Below, in pieces: positions 38,481 through 47,200 of a DNA stretch of 64,000 bases. Both the position numbers and the translations under genes were made by a program. Numbering within the stretch: the first letter of the stretch is position 1; each line of letters begins with the position of its first letter. Under the pieces are notes generated by a model. It saw only the letters and a program-made list of their open reading frames with translations, did no database searches and was not told where the DNA came from. Origin of the DNA: Planctomycetota bacterium (GTDB taxonomy: Bacteria; Planctomycetota; B15-G4); the NCBI GenBank assembly GCA_038212275.1, contig JBBQUR010000014.1, positions 64,001-128,000 of the forward strand, read 5' to 3'.

Positions 38481-39345
38481 GTTCGAATCCGCCGGCTGGC
38501 CAGGGACTCTGCACGCCGTCGCGCAGCAGCCACAGGGACAGAGCTTGCGTGAGCGTGCCGATCTCGCAAAGTCCCGCGGGGGATGAAATTCCGGAGGGCA
38601 GCGCGAGCAGCAATTCGAAGTCCTCGCCATCGCCCAGCGCCGCCTTCAGGCGGTCCCCGTCGGCGGGCACGTCGGCATGGATGGGGATGGCTGCGGCCTC
38701 CACCACGGCGCCGCAGCCGCTTGCAGCGCAGAGCTGGCGCAGATTGCGGGACAGCCCGTCCGAGAGATCGAGGCAGGCATGCACCGGCACGCCGGACGCG
38801 CGCAACTCCGCGACGACGTCGGTGCGCGGCTGCACCGCGAGATGCCGCCCGAGCCCCGCGCCGCCCAGCGGCCCGCTGACCCAGAGCCTGTCGCCGGGCC
38901 GACCGCCCGAGCGCAGCCAGGGCGGCCCGCCGTGACAGCGCCCCCGGGCGGCGACGGCAAAGGCCAGGCAGCCTGGCGGGCTGCGCTTGGTGTCGCCGCC
39001 GGCGATCACGACGCCGAAACGCTCGGCCCAGCGGACGAGTGCGGCGGCCAGAGCGCGGCCGTCGCTGCCCGGCGGCAGCAGCGCGCCGACGTGCACCGTC
39101 TCCGGCAACGCCCCCATCGCGCAGAGGTCCGACAGGGGCCGCCCGAGCGCCTTGCGCACGACAAGGTCGGGGTCGGTGCCCGCAAGGAAGTGGCTGCCTT
39201 CGACGGTCGCGTCGAGACACAGCACGGTGCCGTCCGCGAACACGGCCGCGTCGTCGCCGGGGCCGACGCGCACGTCGCCCGTCGGCCCGCCCCTGCCTGC
39301 GGTGAGCCATGCGATGAACTCGCTCTCGCGGAAGGGCCGGCTCAT
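38470..39345 (-). CDS. thiL: Thiamine-monophosphate kinase
   Basis: ESEFI, GPGDDAAV, SDLCAMGA, GGDT, DLSDGL, GEDFELL, GFEH. Confidence 0.92.
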   Translation of the reverse strand: MSRPFRESEFIAWLTAGRGGPTGDVRVGPGDDAAVFADGTVLCLDATVEGSHFLAGTDPDLVVRKALGRPLSDLCAMGALPETVHVGALLPPGSDGRALAAALVRWAERFGVVIAGGDTKRSPPGCLAFAVAARGRCHGGPPWLRSGGRPGDRLWVSGPLGGAGLGRHLAVQPRTDVVAELRASGVPVHACLDLSDGLSRNLRQLCAASGCGAVVEAAAIPIHADVPADGDRLKAALGDGEDFELLLALPSGISSPAGLCEIGTLTQALSLWLLRDGVQSPWPAGGFEHEF

Positions 39346-39977
39346 CGCAGGCGCCCGCTGGCAGGGTCGGTGCGGGCGTCGAGCGCCGCGCGCAGGTCGG
39401 CCGCGGCCGTGCGCGGATCGTGCGCGTCGGCGATCGCGCGGATGACGGCGACGCCGGCGAGGCCCGCAGGCAGCGCCGGCACGTCGGCCGCGCTCAGGCC
39501 GCCGAGCGCGAACACCGGCGTGGAGGCGCAGCGAGCGAGCACCGAGCGCACTTGATCGTCGCGCAGCAGCGGCCGGGGCCGGCTGAGATGCGTCCCGCGG
39601 AAGGGCGAGAGCAGCAGCAGGTCGGCGGCCAGGTCCTGCTCCTGCAACGGCCAGTGCGCCGAGCGGCCGATGACAAGCCGCGGCGCGCGTTCCCGCACCT
39701 CGGTGACGGGCGCGCCGTCGAAGCCGAGATGCACGCCGTCGGCGCGGCAGGCGAGCGCCAGGGCCGTGTCGGTGTGGATGAACAGCCGGGCGCCGCTGCG
39801 GCGCACCGCGGCCGCCAGTGCATGAGCGAGTCCGGCGCGTGCTGCCTTGTCGAGCTGCCGCTCGCGCAGCAGCAGCAGCTTCGCGCCGCCATCGAGGGCA
39901 GCCCCGGCCAGCCGCAGCGTCTCCGTGGGCGCCCGCGTGCCGGGCGTGATGAACAGCAGCCCGGCCGGCGCCGTCAG
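39342..39977 (-). CDS. Thiamine-phosphate synthase/TenI-like TIM-barrel protein (probable CTG start)
   Basis: LLFITPG, ALDGGAKLLLLRER, ADGVHLG, IGRSAH, PVFALGGL, GVAVIRAI. Homology extends upstream of the GTG at 39806. Confidence 0.78.
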   Translation of the reverse strand: MTAPAGLLFITPGTRAPTETLRLAGAALDGGAKLLLLRERQLDKAARAGLAHALAAAVRRSGARLFIHTDTALALACRADGVHLGFDGAPVTEVRERAPRLVIGRSAHWPLQEQDLAADLLLLSPFRGTHLSRPRPLLRDDQVRSVLARCASTPVFALGGLSAADVPALPAGLAGVAVIRAIADAHDPRTAAADLRAALDARTDPASGRLR

Positions 39978-42145
39978 GACGGTTCGCCTTCAAGGAACAC
40001 GCCGAGCGGTTCGAGCAGAGCGGCGAGCCGCGCGCGCGGCAGTTCGGGGGACATGAGCAGCGCCGTCGGCGACAGGCGCTCGATCACGAAGGGCCGCAGG
40101 GCGGGGTCGTGCAGCACGCGGTCGAGGACTTCCTTGTTGCGGCCGCGCACGAGCGACACTGTGGCCTGCGTGACGAACTTGACCTTTCCGGCCCACTGGC
40201 CGATGGAGTAGATCACGTTCTGCGGCACTTCCACGCGGCTGTGCTCGGACAGCGTGCGCAGGATGGAGGCGGGATCGAGTCCCTCCGCGACGGCCTTCTC
40301 GACCGACGCGACGGTGATGCGGTAGCGATAGACGGAGTCGCTGGCCGTGCGCTCCGCGAACCGGTCAAGTTCCGTGACGAGGTCGTAGGTGCTGCCGTCC
40401 GGGAACAGCATGATCTCGAAGTCGGGGTTGACGATCAGCGGCGAGCTGCGGTCGAACTCCGACTCCGGAACGACCATGCCCAGCGCCTTGGCGCCGAGAG
40501 CCGTGAGCCGCAGCAGGCCCGGATTGCCGTCCACGTCGGCGATGTCGATCAGCCCGAAGAGGAAAAGGCGCTCCCGCGCCCACGTCGTGAGCGCCTGAGC
40601 AAGCTGATGCGGGTCGCGCATGCCGGTCTGCTGCGCGAACTGGTAGCGGCTCTGGAAGCGGTCGCGCACGCCGAAGAGGTCGAGGTTGGCGAGATAGCGA
40701 TTGCGCGCGGCGAAGGCCGGTGCGTGGATGTCCACCCAGGTGTTGATCTTCAGCTCGCGCAGCCGGTCCAGATACAGCGCGAGCAGGCGTTCGCCGTGGA
40801 AGGGCTCGACCTCCAACACCCAGTGCCGGTCCGCGAATTTCAGCAGCCGCGAAAGCTTCTTCTCGAGCGGCGTGCGGTCCCAGCTGCGGCCCTTCACCGT
40901 GAGCACCACGCTGCGGTCCGGGCCGCGCTCGAGCATCGACTGCGCCTGGCTGAACTCGAACAGGTATTCGAAGAGCCACGCGCCGGTGAAGCCCGAGCTG
41001 TGACCCAGGATGAAGGACTCCTCCAGCTTGCGAACCGCCGTGCGGTAGACCTTGCCGGACAGCGTGAGCCGGATCGGGTTGTGCTCGACGTAGGAGAGGA
41101 AGGCCGACACGTCGGAGATGAGGTCCACGCCGAGGCTGTGCGCCGCGGAGATGCGCGGCTGTTCCGGCGCAAGGCAGGCGCGCATGGCGCCGACCAGCTC
41201 TTCGAAGACCACGACGACCTCATCGAACTGGTGCACGCCGTATTCGCCGAGCGAGACGTGGCGCACGGTGCCGAGCAGGTTGCTCTCGAGCGCATCCTGG
41301 AGCAGCTTGCGATTCCAGCGCCCGAGACTCTTGTGATTCTTCTCGAGCATCGTGCGACCGGCGACGCCGCCATAGGAGCACACCACCAGCTTGAGCAGCT
41401 CGAGGTGCCGCGGGTTGTCGATGCGCGCGAGGCGCTGCGCCACCGAGGCAGGCTCGGCCAGCCGCAGCGCCGCCTGCGCGTGCTCATCGAGATGCGATGA
41501 GGTGGCGGAACGCGGCACGTCGTCGCCGGCGCTGCCGAGGTGCAGCGTCAGCAGGGCCGACAATTCCTTGCGGTCCACCAGTCGCGTGAGCTGTCCGAGC
41601 AGAGTGAAGGTTTCCTCCACCGTGCGATCGTCGTCCCAGATGAACGCCTGCAGCAGGTCGCCCAGCTCGCACGGAACGAGGTAGCTGTCGCCGCCCGGGC
41701 CGCCGGAGGGGTCGGTGTGGGCTGGCGGGCGCGGCCCGGGCTGGCCGTTGGCGTCACCGTTCGAGGTCGTCGAGACGAAGAGGAAGCCGCGCTTGAGCAG
41801 CGCGTTGATCGCGGCCTTCAGCTCGAAGGGCGACAGGTAGCCGAAGGAGCGGCTGCCTGTCACGTTGACGAGGTCCGCGCGGTAGCCCTCGCCACGCAGG
41901 AAGAACTTCAGCAGGTCCACCAGCTTCTTGGACAGGAACTTGACGCGCTTGCGGACCGACTTCTCGGACGACATGCGCCTCTGGAGTTCGCCGATGAGGC
42001 GCTCCGTGGTGTCGGGCTCCGGGCCGTGCCCGTCCCAGAACGAGAGCAGCTCGCGCAGCTCCTGCGGCGCCCGGTTCTGGAGCGCTGCCTGCAAGGCGAC
42101 GCCCCTCACGGCCGCATGCACTGTCGTGATGTCCCGCTCGACCAC
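39974..42145 (-). CDS. Helicase-associated protein with a C-terminal XPB/Ssl2 N-terminal-like (Helicase_C_3) domain; p52/Tfb2-like
   Basis: PLIVNPDFEI...LDRFAE...YRYRITVASV..AVAEGL...LSEHSRVEVPQNV aligns with the N-terminus of the neighbouring XPB. No Walker motifs seen. Confidence 0.82.
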   Translation of the reverse strand: MVERDITTVHAAVRGVALQAALQNRAPQELRELLSFWDGHGPEPDTTERLIGELQRRMSSEKSVRKRVKFLSKKLVDLLKFFLRGEGYRADLVNVTGSRSFGYLSPFELKAAINALLKRGFLFVSTTSNGDANGQPGPRPPAHTDPSGGPGGDSYLVPCELGDLLQAFIWDDDRTVEETFTLLGQLTRLVDRKELSALLTLHLGSAGDDVPRSATSSHLDEHAQAALRLAEPASVAQRLARIDNPRHLELLKLVVCSYGGVAGRTMLEKNHKSLGRWNRKLLQDALESNLLGTVRHVSLGEYGVHQFDEVVVVFEELVGAMRACLAPEQPRISAAHSLGVDLISDVSAFLSYVEHNPIRLTLSGKVYRTAVRKLEESFILGHSSGFTGAWLFEYLFEFSQAQSMLERGPDRSVVLTVKGRSWDRTPLEKKLSRLLKFADRHWVLEVEPFHGERLLALYLDRLRELKINTWVDIHAPAFAARNRYLANLDLFGVRDRFQSRYQFAQQTGMRDPHQLAQALTTWARERLFLFGLIDIADVDGNPGLLRLTALGAKALGMVVPESEFDRSSPLIVNPDFEIMLFPDGSTYDLVTELDRFAERTASDSVYRYRITVASVEKAVAEGLDPASILRTLSEHSRVEVPQNVIYSIGQWAGKVKFVTQATVSLVRGRNKEVLDRVLHDPALRPFVIERLSPTALLMSPELPRARLAALLEPLGVFLEGEPS

Positions 42146-42504
42146 ATATTGATCCCGGGGTGCAGAATCTGAGGAGTCTAAGAGATCCTCGGGCCCAGCG
42201 GGAGGGGTTACCGGCCGGATCGCGGAGCCTGTTCCGCAGCGAGCCCTGCCCTCGCGTCCCGATCATCGCTGAGCGACCCGGGCTGTCCGCGGCCGGAATC
42301 CCGGCCCGCACCCGAGGTCGGCCTCAGCAGCGAGCAGCGCCCGAGATCTCCTCGAACCGTGGCCCCGGGGCCCACTCCCGGCCCCGCCGGCCCGGCCGCA
42401 CCGGGCCCTCTCATGCGGGCGCAGCCTGCCAGCCCTCGCAACAGCCCCCACGCCGCGCGCCCCGTGCGCTGACGACGCCGAACTCCCGCAGAGCCCGCCC
42501 ACCT

Positions 42505-42584
42505 CGCAGCCTTCGGCGGCGCCCCGCCGCCGAAGGCTGCGGGCTCTCGCGACATCGCCCGGCTACAGCCGGGCGATGTCGCGA
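42505..42584. terminator. Two adjacent perfect hairpins at the XPB 3' end (possible terminator or processing signal)
   Basis: 17-bp arms at 42505-42521/42525-42541 and 18-bp arms at 42547-42564/42567-42584. No U-tract, so the function is uncertain. Confidence 0.5.
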
Positions 42585-44242
42585 ATCTCGTACGTATATC
42601 CCTGCTCGGTGAGGAAGAGCTGGCGGTTGTTCGCGAAGTGTTCCTCGCGGCTGTCGCGGGTCACGATGGAATAGAAGATCGCCGGGCGCTTGTCGGACTT
42701 GGGGCGCAGGATGCGGCCGAGGCGCTGAGCTTCCTCCTGCCGGCTGCCGAAGGTGCCCGAGACCTGGATGGCCACGTTGGCATCGGGCAGGTCCACCGCG
42801 AAGTTGCCGACCTTGCTCACCGCGAGCAGCTTCAGGTCCCCGTCGCGAAAGCGTTTGTAGAGGTCCTCGCGCTCTTTCGTCGGCGTGCGTCCCGAGATGA
42901 GCGGGCAGCCCAGTTCGCGCGCCAGCTCGTCGAGCTGGTCGAGGTACTGGCCGATGATGAGCACGCGGTCGTCCTTGTGGCGTTCGACGAGCTGGCGCAC
43001 GGTCGTGAGCTTGTCGGGGTTCTCGCTCGCGATGCGGAACTTGTCGCGGCTGCCGGCCTGCTGGTAGGTGAAGCTCGCCTCGGTCACCAGCGGCAGGCGC
43101 ACCTCCACGCAATGCGCCGTGGCGATCCAGCCCTGCCGCTCCAGGATCTTCCACGGCACGTCGTACTTCTTGGGGCCGATGAGCGAGAAGACCTCGTCCT
43201 CGTGGCCGTCCTCGCGCACGAGCGTGGCCGTGAGCCCGAGCCGTCGCCGCGCCTGGATTTCCGCCGTCACGCGGAACACCGGTGCGGGCAGCAGGTGCAC
43301 TTCGTCGTAGATGACCAGGCCCCAGTCGCGCGCGGAGAAAAGCGCGAAGTGACCGAACTCGCCGGTCTGGCGGCGGCGATACGTGAGCATCTGGTAGGTG
43401 GAGATGGTCACGGGGCAGACGGCCTTGCTGTCGCCTGTGTACTCGCCGATCTGATCCTCGCCGAGCGTGGTCTTGTCGAGCAGCTCCGTGCGCCACTGCC
43501 GGACGGCGATCGTGTTCGTCGTGAGGATGAGGCACTGCGTCTGCAGCCGGTGCAGGCAGCCGATGCCGACGACGGTCTTGCCCGCGCCGCACGGCAGCAC
43601 CACGACGCCGCTGCCGCCCTTCTCGGTGCCGCCCGCGTGGAAGACGTCCGCGGCCTCCGCCTGGTACGGGCGCAGGCCGAAGGGGCCGCCCGAGCCGAGG
43701 CAGGTCTCGCGCAGCGCGAAGGGCAGCGCGGCGCCCGAGGTGTAGCCGGCGAGATCCTCGACCGGATAGCCGATGCGGATGAGCGCCTGCTTGACCTCGC
43801 CGCGCAACGCCTCGTGCACCGTCAGGCCGCCCGGCACCGGTCGCCCGCGATCGAAGAAGCGCTTGAGCTGCGTGTCGCCGCCGATGCGCGCGAGCAGCGC
43901 GCTGTCCGGCGACACGAGCACGAGCGCCTCGTCCTGCCGCTGCAGGCGCAGGAGGCCGAAGCGCCGGATGTTGTCCTCGATGTCGCGCTCGACGTTGGGC
44001 GGCACCGGATAGCGCGATTGCTCGGTGAGGAAGCGGATGATGCGCTCGGCCGACAGTCCCGCCGCGGCGGCATTCCAGATGGAGAGCGGCGTGATGCGGT
44101 AGGTGTGCACGTGCTCGGGACTCTTCTCGAGCTCCGCGAACAGCGCGAGCATGTCGCGCGCCTCGACGTAGCCGTCGGCGTGCACCTCGGCGAGGATGGT
44201 GCGGTCCCCCTGGACCGTGAGCGGACGTCCGCTGCCGTTCAC
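42563..44242 (-). CDS. Bacterial XPB/Rad25 (ERCC3-like) SF2 DNA helicase
   Basis: SGVVVLPCGAGKT, DEVH, GLTATLVREDG (RED motif), LIGPKKY, QRLGRILRPK. GTGA overlap with the uvrA stop. Confidence 0.95.
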   Translation of the reverse strand: MNGSGRPLTVQGDRTILAEVHADGYVEARDMLALFAELEKSPEHVHTYRITPLSIWNAAAAGLSAERIIRFLTEQSRYPVPPNVERDIEDNIRRFGLLRLQRQDEALVLVSPDSALLARIGGDTQLKRFFDRGRPVPGGLTVHEALRGEVKQALIRIGYPVEDLAGYTSGAALPFALRETCLGSGGPFGLRPYQAEAADVFHAGGTEKGGSGVVVLPCGAGKTVVGIGCLHRLQTQCLILTTNTIAVRQWRTELLDKTTLGEDQIGEYTGDSKAVCPVTISTYQMLTYRRRQTGEFGHFALFSARDWGLVIYDEVHLLPAPVFRVTAEIQARRRLGLTATLVREDGHEDEVFSLIGPKKYDVPWKILERQGWIATAHCVEVRLPLVTEASFTYQQAGSRDKFRIASENPDKLTTVRQLVERHKDDRVLIIGQYLDQLDELARELGCPLISGRTPTKEREDLYKRFRDGDLKLLAVSKVGNFAVDLPDANVAIQVSGTFGSRQEEAQRLGRILRPKSDKRPAIFYSIVTRDSREEHFANNRQLFLTEQGYTYEIRDIARL

Positions 44243-47200
44243 GTGCGTGCTCCGCGCCGGCCGCGCGGCCTGCCTTTGCCGAGGCCCGCTGCCGCGTCGA
44301 CTCCGCCCGGGAGCACCGGCGCCGCGCGAAGGAAGCGGCCGGTGTGGCTCTGCGCGCAGGCCGCCACGGTCTCGGGTGAACCCGCGACGACGAGCTGTCC
44401 GCCTCCGGCCCCGCCCTCGGGACCGAGGTCGATGACCCAGTCGGCCGACTTGATGACGTCGATGTTGTGCTCGATGACGACCACCGTGTTGCCCTGCTCC
44501 ACCATGCGCTGAAGCACGACCAGCAGGCGCGCGACGTCAGACATGTGCAGGCCCGTCGTGGGCTCGTCAAGCACGATCAGGGCACGCCCCGTGCCGGGGC
44601 GACCGAGCTCGGCCGCGAGCTTGACCCGCTGGGCCTCGCCGCCCGACAGCGTCGTCGCCGGCTGCCCGAGCTTCAAGTACCCGAGCCCCACTTCGTCGAA
44701 GAGCGCGAGCTTGCGATGGATGCCCGTGTGGCCCTCGAAGACTCCCAGCGCCTGGTCCACCTCGAGGTCCAGCACGTCGGCGATCGAGAGCCCCTTCCAG
44801 CGCACCTCGAGCGTCTGGCGGTTGAAGCGCCGCCCGTTGCAGCTCTCGCACGGCAGCTGCACGTCCGAGAGGAAGTGCATCTCGATGATCTCGACGCCGC
44901 GGCCCTGGCAGGTTTCGCAGCGGCCGCCCGCGACGTTGGAGGAGAAACGCCCGGCGAGGAAGCCGCGCATGCGCGCCTCGGGCGTCGACGCGAAGAGCGC
45001 GCGGATGTCGTCGAAGGCCCCGCAGTACGTGGCGGCATTGCTCGTCGGCGAGCGCCCGAGCGGCGACTGGTCGATCTCGAGCAGCCGGTCGAAGCAGCTC
45101 GCCCCGTCGATGCCGTCGAGCTTGATCGCGCCCTCGCCAAGGCCCTCGAGCTGCGCGCGCACCGCCGGCACGAGCAGCCCGGACACGAGGCTGGACTTGC
45201 CCGAGCCGGACACGCCGGTCACCACCGTGAAGAGCCCGGCGGGGAAGCGCACGTCGAGCCCTGCGAGGTTGTGCAGGCGCGCGCCACGCAGCTCGATCCC
45301 CTGCGCTCCCGGCTCGCGGCGGGCGCGCGGCTCCACGCGCAATGCCCCGGACAGCCAGCCGCCCGTCACCGAGTCGGGGTTGGAGAGCAGCGCGGACGGC
45401 GTGCCCTGCGCCACGATGCGTCCGCCCCGCGTGCCCGCGCCGGGCCCCACGTCGATGACGTGGTCCGCGGCTTCGATCGTCTGCTGGTCGTGCTCGACGA
45501 CGAGGATGGTGTTGCCCAGGTCGCGCAGCTCGCGCAGCGTGTCGAGCAGGCGCCCCTGGTCGCGCGGATGCAGGCCGATGGACGGCTCGTCCAGCACGTA
45601 GAGCACGCCGACGAGGCGGTTGCCGAGCTGACTGGCGAGGCGGATGCGCTGCGCCTCGCCACCCGAGAGAGTGGACGCGGGCCGGTCGAGCGACAGGTAG
45701 TTCAGACCCACGTTCACGAGGAAGCCGAGGCGATTGCCGATCTCGCGCAGCACATCCACGGCGATGTGGCGCTCGTGGGCGGGCAGGTCCAGCGCATCGA
45801 ACCATGCGCGCGCGTCTCCTACCGTGAGCTCGGCGACCTGCCGGATGTTGAGGCCGCCGACGGTGGTCGCGAGCGCCGCGGGCCGCAGGCGTCCGCCCTT
45901 GCAGCTCGGGCATGGCCCGACGTGCAGCAGCTCCGTGAGCGCGGCCTGCCACCAGCCGTCATTGCCCGCGCTGCGCCACCAGCCCTCCACCGTGGTGAGC
46001 AGGCCATCCCACTCCACGCGGTACTCGTAGCTGCGCGACTGGCCGGCGCTCTTGCGCGCATAACTGACCTCCACCGGGGCGCGCACGCCCGTGCCGCGCA
46101 GCGCGGCGGCGCGGAACTTGGCCGGCAGCGATTTCCACGGATCACGCAGTTCGACGTCCATGGACTCCGCGAGGCGCACCAGCACCTGGCGCTGCAGGCT
46201 GTCGGGCCGCGCCAGGAATTTCCCGACGCGCGAATTCATCGCGCCGCCGAACAGAGGCCGGCCCGGGCTGTCGATGAGCCGCTTCTCGTCCGCGACCTGC
46301 TTGCTTCCCAGTCCCTCGCAGGTCTCGCACGCGCCGGCGTGGCTGTTGAACGAGAACATGCGCGGCGAGAGCTCGCCTTCCAGCGCCGTGCCGCAGCGCG
46401 CACAGGCGGCGCGCGCCTCGTAATCGATCGTGCTGCCGTCGGCGAGGTGGGCGCGCGCGAGGCCAAGTCCGCGCTGCTGCGCCGAGGCCAGCGCCTCGGC
46501 GAGGCGCGCGCGGTGTGCGGCATCCGCACTCGTGCGATCGATGATCAGTTCGACGCTGCGCTGCGCCGACACCTCGGGCAAGGCGTCGAGCCGCACCTCG
46601 ACGCCGTCCAGTCGCGCGCGCACGAAACCGTCCTTGCGCAGCTCGGCGGACAGCGCCGCGATCTCGTCGGGGCGCGTGAGCGCCGTGCGGTGGTTGTGCT
46701 CGGCGCTCCACAGCGGCGCGGCGATGACCACCTTGGCGCCGCCCGCACGCGCGACGAGGTCCGCGGCCGCCGCCGAGGCACTCCAGGCCTTCAGCTCGCG
46801 TCCGCAGGTCCAGCAGTGCGGATGACCGACGCGCCCGAAGAGCAGGCGCAGATAGTCGTGCACCTCCGTGGTGGTCGCGACCGTCGAGCGGGGATTGCGC
46901 GTGGAGGTCTTCTGGTCGATGGCGATGGCTGGCGCCAGTCCGTCGATGGAGTCCACCGGCGGGCGGTCCATGCGCTCGAGGAAACGCCGCGCATACGTGG
47001 AGAGGCTCTCGACGAAGCGCCGCTGCCCCTCGGCGAAGATCGTGTCGAAGGCGAGGCTGGTCTTGCCCGAACCCGACGGCCCGGTGACCACCGTGAGCTT
47101 GCCGTGCGGCACGGTGACGTCCACGGACTGCAGGTTGTGCAGCGAGGCCCCGCGCACGACGAGGTCATGGCCGACCACCGCCGCCTCGGGCGACTTGCGC

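Noticed and set aside
42146..42500. TPP riboswitch upstream of the unit containing the thiE-like gene and thiL
   Set aside because: I could not find the conserved TPP core arrangement on the minus strand; an Rfam scan would settle it.
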